In this document: in pieces, positions 23,597 to 33,663 of the stretch
Numbering within the stretch: the first letter of the stretch is position 1
Layout: every line of letters begins with the position of its first letter
Source of the DNA: Candidatus Atelocyanobacterium thalassae
GTDB lineage: Bacteria; Cyanobacteriota; Cyanobacteriia; Cyanobacteriales; Microcystaceae
DNA: 64,000 bases
Direction of reading: 5' to 3'
Assembly (NCBI GenBank): GCA_051971635.1
Contig: JBFPLN010000003.1
Location: 320,001 to 384,000 of the forward strand
The notes under the pieces: generated by a model
Database searches by the model: none
Told to the model about the DNA's origin: nothing
What the model saw: the letters and a program-made list of their open reading frames with translations, nothing else
Translations under genes and position numbers: made by a program

Positions 23597-24442
23597 TTAC
23601 ATGGCTAAGGATTGTTTTTCGGTCCATTTTTCTTTTTTATTACTAAAGATATGAGTTTTATTAAAATTAATGGCTGATTTTAAATGTATACCTTCTTTAC
23701 TTAAGTAAGCTACTTCTGGCTCTAAGAATTTTGGAGTACTTGAAGGGGGACGAGCAACAGCTGTCCCTATACGAAGTTGTGTAGGTTGCATTCTAAGTGC
23801 CATAACGCAAAACTCTGAATCTCCCTGTGCACCTGCGTGAGCAATACCACGCAAGCATCCCCATATGATAATATCACCATCAGCAATTATTTCTCCTCCT
23901 GGATTAACATCTCCTTGAATAATAATTGTTCCTGGATGACGAATTACTGTACCAGAACGGATAGTTGTTTTTAAATATAAAGGTTCGCTTAGACTACTTT
24001 TTTGAATATTGTTTATAGAATAAATTTTTTTATCAGGAACTTCTTGCTCAACAGAATAGCCTATAGTAGCAGCAGTTACAGCAGTTTGACGACGACTTGT
24101 AAAAACATAAATTAGATTTAATTCTAAAGTCTCTAGGACTTTACTTATGCTATTAAACTGACGACTATCAAGTAAACGATTTTTTGTGATCAAATGTACT
24201 TCAGCTCCAGGCTTCCAGGTTCCTTTATGATGTTTTAAACAATACTTTAGATCTTGTAAGTGCTCTACCCAATTTTTATCTTTCTTGTTAGGTTCAATAT
24301 CTGGCAAGGTTAAATACAGTTTTTCTCCTATTCTCTGTAAGTGAACCTGAGAATACATTTGAATACTAGATAGATTAGTATTTGTTTGAGAAGTAATGTC
24401 CTTAGAACTCATACAATTAATTCTTTCAAAAATGTTAAGCAT
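23597..24442 (-). CDS. minC: Septum site-determining protein MinC
   Basis: TIRSG, GDVNPGGEIIADGDIIIWG.LRGIAHAG, QLRI beta-helix; start may be a few codons downstream. Confidence 0.94.
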   Translation of the reverse strand: MLNIFERINCMSSKDITSQTNTNLSSIQMYSQVHLQRIGEKLYLTLPDIEPNKKDKNWVEHLQDLKYCLKHHKGTWKPGAEVHLITKNRLLDSRQFNSISKVLETLELNLIYVFTSRRQTAVTAATIGYSVEQEVPDKKIYSINNIQKSSLSEPLYLKTTIRSGTVIRHPGTIIIQGDVNPGGEIIADGDIIIWGCLRGIAHAGAQGDSEFCVMALRMQPTQLRIGTAVARPPSSTPKFLEPEVAYLSKEGIHLKSAINFNKTHIFSNKKEKWTEKQSLAM

Positions 24443-24513
24443 CAGCTTAACATTAACTGATGCTTAATTTAATGGTTTTTAAGATAATAAATTTACTCTA
24501 TCTTGGCTATAAC

Positions 24514-25866
24514 TTAACGCATAGTGACAAATTCTTCGGCAGATGTTGGATGAATTCCAACTGTGGCATCAAAATTTGCTTTTGTGGCACCCGCTTTAAT
24601 CGCAATAGCTATACCTTGAATGATTTCAGAAGCATAATTACCAACCATATGTGCTCCTATTACGCGATCGCTATCTCGATGAACAACTAATTTCATCAAA
24701 GTTTTTTCTTCTTTTTCTGGTAAAACATAGTACATTGGACGAAATTGACTTTTATAAATTTTAATTCCGTCTTCTCCATATTGTTCTTTAGCTTCAGATT
24801 CTGTTAAGCCTACAGTAGCAGCTTCTGGAGTACTAAAGATTGCAGAAGGAACGTTTTCATAATTCATAACTCTTGTATTATGACCAAAATGAGAATCTGC
24901 AAATAATCTACCCTCGTTAATAGCAACAGGAGTTAAATTAATACGATTAGTACAGTCTCCTACTGCATAAATATTTGGTTTATTTGTGCAATTATATTTA
25001 TCAACAACTATGGCTCCTTTATTAACTTCAACACCAATATTTTCCAAGCCTAAATTATCTAGATTAGGCTTGCGCCCAGTCGCTGCTAGTCCAATAGTGT
25101 CTGCTAGAACTATTTCATTGTTTTTGTTACCTTTTATAGAAATTTTTAAACCTTGAGGTGTTTTTTCTATGCTAGTAACCTCAGAATTTTTAAGAATTTG
25201 AATATTATGATTTTCCATAGATGTCTGAATAGCTAATCTAAGATCATCGTCAAATCCTCGTAGTATTCTGTCTCGTCTAATAATTTGAATTACTTCTGAT
25301 CCTAAACCACGCATAATACAAGCAAACTCTACACCTATATAACCACCACCCCAAATAACAATGCGTTTAGGCTGTTCAGAAAGAGTAAAAATTTGATCAG
25401 AAGTAATTGTATGCTCAATACCTGAAATATTGGGTTTAACAGGATATCCTCCAACAGCAATTAAGATCTTATTTGCAGTAACTCTATTCTCTCCTACTTC
25501 TACAGTGTGATTGTCAACGAATTTTCCACGACCTTGAAAAATTTTAACTTTTGAAGTATCCAACATTTTTTGGTAGATACCATTCAATCGTTTTGTTTCT
25601 TTTCCAATAGAAGTCGTCATTTTAGACCAGTCTAAAACACTTGATACATTACTCCATCCATATCCTTGAGATTCAGCAAATGATTCGGGGAAATGAGAGG
25701 TGTAAACCATTAACTTTTTGGGAATACATCCACGATTGACACATGTCCCACCTAGACGATCATATTCTGCCAGGCCAACCTTAGCTCCATATTCTGCAGC
25801 TCGTCTAGCAGTCGCTATACCTCCTGAACCTGCACCAATAACAAATAAATCAAAATCATATCCCAT
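24514..25866 (-). CDS. gor: Glutathione-disulfide reductase
   Basis: GAGSGG, GGTCVNRGCIPKK redox-active disulfide, GGGYIG, IHPTSAEE; track start 25878, second ATG 25866 fits homologs better. Confidence 0.95.
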   Translation of the reverse strand: MGYDFDLFVIGAGSGGIATARRAAEYGAKVGLAEYDRLGGTCVNRGCIPKKLMVYTSHFPESFAESQGYGWSNVSSVLDWSKMTTSIGKETKRLNGIYQKMLDTSKVKIFQGRGKFVDNHTVEVGENRVTANKILIAVGGYPVKPNISGIEHTITSDQIFTLSEQPKRIVIWGGGYIGVEFACIMRGLGSEVIQIIRRDRILRGFDDDLRLAIQTSMENHNIQILKNSEVTSIEKTPQGLKISIKGNKNNEIVLADTIGLAATGRKPNLDNLGLENIGVEVNKGAIVVDKYNCTNKPNIYAVGDCTNRINLTPVAINEGRLFADSHFGHNTRVMNYENVPSAIFSTPEAATVGLTESEAKEQYGEDGIKIYKSQFRPMYYVLPEKEEKTLMKLVVHRDSDRVIGAHMVGNYASEIIQGIAIAIKAGATKANFDATVGIHPTSAEEFVTMR

Positions 25867-26281
25867 AATGGTATTCATCTCCTAAAACAGTAGGATGTCT
25901 GAAATTTTCTAATATTCTTTCCTATCTATCTTATCCCCTACAGGGATGATTTTTAACAATTTATTTATATATAACTAAGTATCGATAAATTGTCTTAGAG
26001 TATTAGGAAATTGTTTTAGAAAAAATGAAAAACTACTATTTAGAAAGTAAGATAGAAATCTGATAAATATCAAGCCATAAAAATTTTTTTAGCATGATAA
26101 AAACACTAATGTTAGTTTAAACTTTAATAATCATATGAAAGGTATTGCTATAAATTATTAAACATGCTTTATCAATAATAAACTATATTATATGAGGTTA
26201 TATTTTTAAAAATTCATATAAAAGATAAATAGCACATCTTATAATCATAAGTTATACTGTTGGTTTCACTAAAAAATTGAC

Positions 26282-26833
26282 ATGGTAAGCGATAAACTTA
26301 TTTTCTATCAAAACGTTCTTGGTTCTCGCCGTTTGAGTAACTTTTTTTGGGCAATAGTGACGATGATAGGTGGCATAGGATTTCTCTTAGCAGGACTTTC
26401 TAGTTATCTGAGCATAAATTTATTAATCGTTAGCGACGTATCATCCCTTCAATTTATTCCACAAGGTATCGCCTTAATGTTCTATGGAATAACAGGTTCG
26501 TTACTATCTTTATATCAATGGTTTATGATTTTTTTGAATATTGGTAGTGGTTATAATGAGTTTAATAAAAAAACTAATATGGTAACTATTTTTCGTTGGG
26601 GTTTTCCTGGCAAAAATCGCCGTATTGAGTTTACCTGTCCTCTCGAAGATGTAAAGGCAATCCGGGCAGAGATTAGAGATGGAATAAATACAAAACGTAA
26701 GCTTTATCTTAAAGTTAAAAATAAACGAGATATCCCTTTGACTCGTATTGGAGAACCTATATCTCTATCTAATTTAGAAAACCAAGCAGCAGAATTAGCA
26801 AGTTTCCTGTCAGTCCCTCTCGAAGGAATTTGA
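26282..26833 (+). CDS. ycf4: Photosystem I assembly protein Ycf4
   Basis: GSRRLSNFFWA, FIPQGI..FYG, GYNEF, IFRWGFPGKNRRI, LA.FL.VPLEG. Confidence 0.96.
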   Translation: MVSDKLIFYQNVLGSRRLSNFFWAIVTMIGGIGFLLAGLSSYLSINLLIVSDVSSLQFIPQGIALMFYGITGSLLSLYQWFMIFLNIGSGYNEFNKKTNMVTIFRWGFPGKNRRIEFTCPLEDVKAIRAEIRDGINTKRKLYLKVKNKRDIPLTRIGEPISLSNLENQAAELASFLSVPLEGI

Positions 26834-26931
26834 TCGCAAATAATAAAGCATATAATTGTTAAATCTTAAAAAAGTTTTTATTTGCTCTCTTTGTAAAAAA
26901 TTTCTAGACACTTTGATATTCGAAGAATCAT

Positions 26932-27666
26932 ATGAGAAAACCAGAAAAAATTTACTTAAAAGCTTTTTTAAATATCATGTTTACGAGCAATCTTATCCTT
27001 ACAGGATGTAGTGAAATATCTAATGATTCTAATACTTTAGGATCTAGAGATGAAATCACTAGTACTAAAGGAATTAATCAAATAAGTATGGATCGATACA
27101 TGCCCAGACTTGAGAGTACTGCAATTGTTGAAATAGATATTAATGGCTCTACTGTAATCATTGAGGTTAATGGTCAGGATGCACCGATTACAGCAGGAAA
27201 TTTTATAGATTTGGTAGAACGTGGTTTTTATAACGGTTTAGTTTTCCACCGCGTAATAAAAGATCCTACGCCGTTTGTCGCTCAAGGTGGTGATCCTGAT
27301 GGAACAGGAATGGGAGGATTTATAGATTCAAAAACTAAACAAAGGAGATACATCCCTTTGGAAATTAAGCTAGAAGATGAAGAAAAACCTATTTATAATC
27401 AATCTTTGGGAATTCAGGGTTCAGCATCTCCAAAATCAGTAGTTTTAAAACATGAAAGAGGTTCAATAGCTATGGCCCGTTCAGCTATGCCTGACTCTGC
27501 ATCATCTCAGTTTTATATTGCTTTATCAGATTTAGATTTTCTAAATGGAGATTATGCTGTGTTTGGTAAAGTAATTCAAGGGATGAAAATAGTTGATAAT
27601 CTTAAAGAAGGAGATCGTATTAACTCTATATATGTAACTTCTGGTTTAGAGAAATTTAAAAAATAA
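26932..27666 (+). CDS. Cyclophilin-type peptidyl-prolyl isomerase, putative lipoprotein
   Basis: APITAGNF, FHRVI, QGGDP, AMARS..PDSASSQFY, YAVFG; LTGC lipobox-like motif. Confidence 0.92.
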   Translation: MRKPEKIYLKAFLNIMFTSNLILTGCSEISNDSNTLGSRDEITSTKGINQISMDRYMPRLESTAIVEIDINGSTVIIEVNGQDAPITAGNFIDLVERGFYNGLVFHRVIKDPTPFVAQGGDPDGTGMGGFIDSKTKQRRYIPLEIKLEDEEKPIYNQSLGIQGSASPKSVVLKHERGSIAMARSAMPDSASSQFYIALSDLDFLNGDYAVFGKVIQGMKIVDNLKEGDRINSIYVTSGLEKFKK

Positions 27667-27899
27667 ATTTTTAGGAAAACTGCACCAAATTAAGAATATT
27701 AAAAATAGGTAATCTGGCCATCTTGAAGCTTAAACTCTTTTATAAAAATAAAACTTTTTTGACCAAGTATAAATCATTCGATATTTTATACTATTATTAT
27801 AGGCTATTTTTATAGCCTCGAGAATAATCATGGTTCTCATAGTTGTTAAAACATTATCTTTCAAATTCAACCTACGTTATATCGTAATTCTTTACAGTT

Positions 27900-30059
27900 A
27901 TGACACAGACAAAATCTGTTGATTTAACAATTAATTTTAAAGATAGTAAATACTATTTTAATCGTGAATTAAGCTGGCTAGAATTTAATTATCGTGTTCT
28001 AAATGAAGCTTTAGATACTCGTACACCTTTGTTAGAAAGACTTAAGTTTACTGCTATTTTCAGTTCTAATCTTGATGAATTCTTTATGGTACGTATAGCA
28101 GGATTAAAACAGCAAATTCAGGCGGGAGTCACTAAATTAACCTTTGATGGGTGTACCCCTTTAGAACAATTAGTGGCTATTAGTGAACGTCTTCATTCTT
28201 TGATCAACGAACAAGACTATCTTTTTGAATACACTTTAAGAAACCTTTTGGCTGTTCAGGGGATTTGCCTAGTAAATTATATAGATCTTGATCAAAAGCA
28301 ACGCACATATTTACATCAATATTTTGATGCAAATATTTTTCCAGTTTTGACTCCTTTGGCAGTTGATACTTCACATCCTTTTCCATATATTTCTAATTTA
28401 AGTCTAAACTTAGGTGTCGTAATATGTAACCCTGAAACAAAAGAAGAGCATTTTGCACGTGTTAAAGTTCCTAGTGTATTACCTCGTTTTATTGCTCTTC
28501 CTCAAAAACTATATAGTCAAACAGAAACTAAACCCATAGTTTGGCAAGGTATACCGCTAGAACAAGTAATTGCTCATAATCTTGAAGCTTTATTTCCTGG
28601 AATGATAGTACAAGAATGTTATCCTTTCAGAGTAACTAGAAATGCAGATTTGTCAGTTGAAGAAGATGAAGCAGATGATTTATTATTAGCTATTGAGCAA
28701 GAGTTAAGAAGACGTAATATAGGCAGATCTGCAGTACGTCTAGAGATTCATGCTTCAACGCCTAAATCAATTAGGCAACAATTAGTTGAAGATTTAGAAT
28801 TAGAAGAAATAGATGTATATGATATTCAAGGACTATTAGGTTTGAAAGATTTATTATACTTTTTATCTCTTCCTTATCCAAAGCTGAAATATGAAAGTTG
28901 GAGTTCTGTTATTCCAAAAAGTTTAAATAAAGTAAAGAAAGTCATCAATGGTAGTAGTAAAAAAAAAATTGAGTTTAATAAACAAGATATTTTTTCCTTA
29001 ATTCGACAGTCAGATATTTTAGTTCATCATCCTTACCAGTCTTTTAGCGCTTCTGTAGAACAGTTTATTACTCAAGCCGCCTATGATCCAGATGTTTTAA
29101 CTATTAAGATGACGTTATATAGAACTTCAGGTGATTCTCCTATCATTGAGGCATTAATTGCTGCCGCGGCTAATGAAAAACAGGTAGTTACTTTAATAGA
29201 GTTGAAAGCTAGATTTGATGAAGAGAATAATATTATTTGGGCTCGGCGTCTTGAACAATCAGGAGTTCATGTAGTGTATGGCTTAGTAGGTTTAAAAACC
29301 CACACAAAAATTGCTCTAATTGTTCGAAAGGAGGGAGAGAAAATTCGTCGTTATGTTCATATAGGTACTGGAAATTATAATTCTAAAACAGCTAATTTAT
29401 ATACAGATTTGGGATTATTTAGTTGTCGCGAAGAATTGGGAGCAGATTTAACAGATTTGTTTAACTTTTTAACAGGTTATTCATGCCAAAAGCTCTATCG
29501 TAAATTGCTAGTAGCACCAGTTAATATGCGCAATCGTATATTATCCATGATTGATAGAGAGATTAAGCATTGTCATAAAGGAGGTAAGGGCCATATAATC
29601 GCGAAAATGAATTCATTGGTAGATCCGGAAATTATTGAAGCACTTTATATAGCATCTCAAGTAGGGGTTAAAATTGATTTAATTATTAGAGGAATTTGTT
29701 GTCTTAGACCTGGAGTTGAAGGAATAAGCAATAATATTCGAGTTATTAGCGTAATAGGACGTTTTTTAGAACATTCACGGATTTTTTATCTGTATAACGG
29801 AGGGAGGAAAGAATTTTATATTGGTAGTGCAGATTGGATGACGCGCAATTTTGTTCGTCGAGTAGAAGCTATCACTCTTGTCGATGATCCTAAAATTTCT
29901 CACGAATTAGAGGAAATATTAAAGGTAATATTGAGAGATGATTGTCAAGCTTGGGAATTAAAATTTAGTGGTAATTATGTACGACGTTTCCCTGCAAAAA
30001 ATAATTATAAAAAAAATTCTCAAAAAATATTTATGGAAATGGCATTAAAGTCTCTATAG
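27900..30059 (+). CDS. ppk1: Polyphosphate kinase 1
   Basis: NRELSWLEFN, NLDEFFMVR, HHPY, ELKARFDE, KTHTK, GTGNYN, GRFLEHSR, SADWM. Confidence 0.96.
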   Translation: MTQTKSVDLTINFKDSKYYFNRELSWLEFNYRVLNEALDTRTPLLERLKFTAIFSSNLDEFFMVRIAGLKQQIQAGVTKLTFDGCTPLEQLVAISERLHSLINEQDYLFEYTLRNLLAVQGICLVNYIDLDQKQRTYLHQYFDANIFPVLTPLAVDTSHPFPYISNLSLNLGVVICNPETKEEHFARVKVPSVLPRFIALPQKLYSQTETKPIVWQGIPLEQVIAHNLEALFPGMIVQECYPFRVTRNADLSVEEDEADDLLLAIEQELRRRNIGRSAVRLEIHASTPKSIRQQLVEDLELEEIDVYDIQGLLGLKDLLYFLSLPYPKLKYESWSSVIPKSLNKVKKVINGSSKKKIEFNKQDIFSLIRQSDILVHHPYQSFSASVEQFITQAAYDPDVLTIKMTLYRTSGDSPIIEALIAAAANEKQVVTLIELKARFDEENNIIWARRLEQSGVHVVYGLVGLKTHTKIALIVRKEGEKIRRYVHIGTGNYNSKTANLYTDLGLFSCREELGADLTDLFNFLTGYSCQKLYRKLLVAPVNMRNRILSMIDREIKHCHKGGKGHIIAKMNSLVDPEIIEALYIASQVGVKIDLIIRGICCLRPGVEGISNNIRVISVIGRFLEHSRIFYLYNGGRKEFYIGSADWMTRNFVRRVEAITLVDDPKISHELEEILKVILRDDCQAWELKFSGNYVRRFPAKNNYKKNSQKIFMEMALKSL

Positions 30060-30104
30060 GTGAAAATAGTTATTTTAAATTCATTACTAGAAGTGATTCT
30101 TGTT

Positions 30105-30737
30105 TTATGATTTATCATCAATCTTAGGTTCTATACCTTTCAAAAGACGTATGATATTATCTTGATGTCGATAAATTACATATATTCCTATACTCATTAT
30201 AAATAAACAGTACGGTAAAGGTTGGTTGAAAAAAATAGTTAATAAATTAGCTATTAAAACTCCTACTATAGAACTGATTGAGACAATACGAGATACAGAT
30301 AACGTGATCAGAAAACCTGCTAATGAACCTAATGCAACAAAAGGATTTAAGACTAATAAAACTCCTAAACTAGAAGCTACAGATTTACCACCAGTAAAAT
30401 TTAAAAAGATGGACTTACTATGGCCAAGAATAGCAGCACTTCCTGCCAGAACAACTAACCAGGCGCTCCATGCTGGATTAAAAGTATTTAACGAAATGTT
30501 AGAAATTATAATTTTAGTTATCAATACTCCTATCATGGCTTTTGATATATCCAAAAATAAAACTACAATAGCTGCTCTTTTACCAATAGTTCTTAATACA
30601 TTAGTAGCTCCTGTGGATCCTGAGCCAAAGTTTCGAATATCAATTTTTTTTAAATATAATCCTATTATGTAACCTGTAGGAAAAGAACCAAGAATGTAAC
30701 AGATCACAAATATAGATATTGTAATTAACAAGGACAT
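30105..30737 (-). CDS. plsY: Glycerol-3-phosphate acyltransferase PlsY
   Basis: YILGSFPTG, GSGSTGATNVLR, LGHS, GGKSVA, RHQDNIIRL. Confidence 0.95.
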   Translation of the reverse strand: MSLLITISIFVICYILGSFPTGYIIGLYLKKIDIRNFGSGSTGATNVLRTIGKRAAIVVLFLDISKAMIGVLITKIIISNISLNTFNPAWSAWLVVLAGSAAILGHSKSIFLNFTGGKSVASSLGVLLVLNPFVALGSLAGFLITLSVSRIVSISSIVGVLIANLLTIFFNQPLPYCLFIMSIGIYVIYRHQDNIIRLLKGIEPKIDDKS

Positions 30738-30802
30738 AGGCTGATTAGTTATTTATTAGTTTAAGAGAATAAATTTTAAGTTTAACAGTGAATATTTAGT
30801 CA

Positions 30803-31948
30803 CTATAAACAATCAATAAAAGCAATATATAGTGGAAATTGAAATAGAAGAAGACTAACTTCTTCTTCTGCTCCATCAATAATAACAAGTGGCAAACAAT
30901 TGTTATTAATTAATCTTTTCGCTCTTTGAACCACAATTTCAGAAGATTCAAATAGTGTAATTCTTCTATCTGGGCCAAAGTCACTACGAGAAATACCTAA
31001 ACAATCTTGTAATCCGCGCCTCCATTTTCCTAGTCTTTTTGGTGTACTAGCTAAAATCAAGATTTTATTATTACTTCCACATAGTTCATTTGATGTAAAA
31101 ATTATTGCTGATGCTACTAGCATATCGTGCAAGCGATTTTTTGTAGAATTAATTACTCCTTTGCGACCTCGTAAAAAAAACCATTCTTTAACTTTTTCAG
31201 CGTGTATTACTTCAAATGTTCTACGGAGCTGCCATGGTATACCATAATAATCAGTCTCCTTCTGATAGTTCTTTATGGTTTTTTCAATCTGTAAATGTTG
31301 TTTTGTGAACCTTTGTGTAGCAAAATAAATTTCTAAATTATCATCTTGATTAGGTATCTCTATATCTTGAGAATTATGCTTAGAATCTTCTTTCTTTGAC
31401 AATTCTAATTACTCAGCAGTTTCTACCAAATCTTGTAAACTACCCACTAAATATTTCTTGAACCCTTGCATTTTAATTGCTAAATTTTTAGAAACTTCAA
31501 TGAAATTAGTATTCATTTCTTCACGAATTTTATTTTTACGACACTCTAAGTTTTTAATTGTAGTCATTAATATTTGTTTTTATTCTTTAAGTTCTATCAA
31601 TCCTTCCTGAACTATTTCTTGTAATATTTGTTCAATCAACTAATTCTTTTCGAATGATTTAGAGTCTTGGTCGTCTTTTAAATTCCCTTTTTCAGTAACA
31701 ATAAAACAGTTTCTCTGTTTTAATATTTTTATTTGTTCAACAAGATCATTAATTTGTTTTTCTAAATTAACAATGTTTTTAGAAAGATCAGTATGATTAA
31801 AACTGTTAGCTTGGTTCTTCTCAAAGATATGAGAGAACGAATCATAAGCTTCTGATTTTTCAGCTTGTAAAGAAGAACTATTGATAGTACTATTTAATAT
31901 TTTATTCTTTGAACTCTTATTAAGAGGTTGTAAATAATTTAATTTCAT
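30803..31948 (-). pseudogene. DUF3086-domain gene interrupted by three in-frame stop codons
   Basis: Track ORFs 31640..31948 and 30803..31402 share one frame; the gap translates KN*LIEQILQEIVQEGLIELKE*KQILMTTIKNLECRKNKIREEMNTNFIEVSKNLAIKMQGFKKYLVGSLQDLVETAE*LEL, matching recalled DUF3086; stops at 31640-42, 31580-82, 31409-11; upstream of plsY as usual. Confidence 0.85.
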
Positions 31949-32393
31949 AAATTTGAATTTTTTTAAAAATTAGGAATAAGACAACTTGCTTCCAGCAAAA
32001 ATAGTTATCATTACTTTAATACTTAGTTGCGATTATTACTAACTTAATTTTCTTATGAATCTAATAAAAGTAGGGATTACTCTCATATATATATATGAAC
32101 CAAAATTGTCCTAATAATAATTTCATATGCCTCCTAATCTAAGTAAATAATATTGTAATTTAGTTTTCAAAAGTAGTTGCTAGATAGAGATACTTACAAT
32201 TTATTAATAACAACAAATATACAATTTAGAACCTAACTTAGAATTTTTTTTCTTAGTAATTGAATTTCATGAAAATTGTATTAAGATAATAGTAGGTTAA
32301 GAATACAAGTAAACTTTCTTGAAATTATAGAAGTACTAAATCATAAAAATATTTTTCTATTAGAATTGTCGCTATTTATTATGTTATCATTCG

Positions 32394-33473
32394 ATGCTTA
32401 AACTTTTATTTTTATCAACTCCTGTAGGTCCTTTAGGATCAGGAATAGGGGGAGGCGTTGAATTAACTTTATTTAACCTTGCTAAAGAAATGAGTCGAAG
32501 AGGATATCAAGTTAAAGTTATTGCCCCTCAGCAATCAAGTTTGCCTGGGATTACTTGTCAAGAAATACCAGGTACTTGGCAAGATATGGTTCAAAATTCT
32601 AAGAGAGATATACCTACTATCCTCCCTCAAAATTCAGTTTTAGCTAATATGTGGGATTTTGCAAAGAAAGTAGAGGATGACTATGACCTGATAGTTAATT
32701 TCGCTTTTGATTGGCTTCCACTTTATTTAACTCCTTTTTTTAATCGTACTATTGCTCATTTAATTAGTATGGGTTCTATGACCAATGCTATAGACGATAT
32801 GATTCGTCAAGTGGACAAAACTTTCCCCTACACCATTGGTTTTCATACTCAGGAACAAGCAAAAACATTTTCTTTTTTAGAAAATTTCTACATTTTAGGT
32901 AACGGTATAGATGTATCGTTATATAGATTTTGCAATAATCCAAGCGATTTTTTTTCCTGGATTGGTCGTATTTCTCCTGAAAAAGGCCTAGAGGATGCTA
33001 TATCAGCAGCAAAAGTTGCTAATGTAAAGCTTAAAATTTTTGGGAAAATTCAAGATATAGAGTATTGGAAAAATATTCAAATTAATTATTCAGAGGTTAG
33101 TTTTCAATATGAAGGATTTTTAAGTACAAGTAAACTACAAGAAAAAATAAGAAAAAGTAAAGCTATACTAGTAACACCAAAATGGATAGAAGCATTCGGC
33201 AATGTAGTTATCGAATCATTAGCCTGTGGAGTTCCAACTATTGCTTACAAGCGCGGCGGACCGATTGAATTAGTAAAGAACGGTGAGACAGGCTTTTTAG
33301 TAATTCCAGACAGTATTGGTGAGCTAGTTCATGCTATCAAAAATATAGAGAAAATTGATAGAAAGAAATGCCGTCATCAAGTAGAAAATAATTATTCTTT
33401 GCAAGTATTAGGTGATCGTTTTGAGCAATGGATACTAATGTTAAACAAAGTAAATAAAGTGAAAATCAGTTGA
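32394..33473 (+). CDS. Glycosyltransferase family 4 protein
   Basis: STPVGPLGSGIGGGVE, GRISPEKG, EAFGNVVIESLACGVP (EX7E). Confidence 0.9.
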   Translation: MLKLLFLSTPVGPLGSGIGGGVELTLFNLAKEMSRRGYQVKVIAPQQSSLPGITCQEIPGTWQDMVQNSKRDIPTILPQNSVLANMWDFAKKVEDDYDLIVNFAFDWLPLYLTPFFNRTIAHLISMGSMTNAIDDMIRQVDKTFPYTIGFHTQEQAKTFSFLENFYILGNGIDVSLYRFCNNPSDFFSWIGRISPEKGLEDAISAAKVANVKLKIFGKIQDIEYWKNIQINYSEVSFQYEGFLSTSKLQEKIRKSKAILVTPKWIEAFGNVVIESLACGVPTIAYKRGGPIELVKNGETGFLVIPDSIGELVHAIKNIEKIDRKKCRHQVENNYSLQVLGDRFEQWILMLNKVNKVKIS

Positions 33474-33663
33474 ATTCCATATACTTAATTCATAGTTATT
33501 TACTATTAGTAGAATTTATTAATTTTTATTTTAAGAATAAATAACTAATTTTTTTATAATTTATGTAAACTAATATATTGCAAACTGATACAGTGATAGC
33601 CAGCTTTTTGTTAAACTAAGGGAAATAAGTTAAGGTCCCTTAATACTACAACAGTACATAACT

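Noticed and set aside
32061..32135. 21-codon minus-strand ORF (MKLLLGQFWF...) preceded by AGGAGG
   Set aside because: SD spacing is only 3 nt, it spans an (AT)n run, and no homology was recognised; could not be linked to the DUF3119 gene often found here
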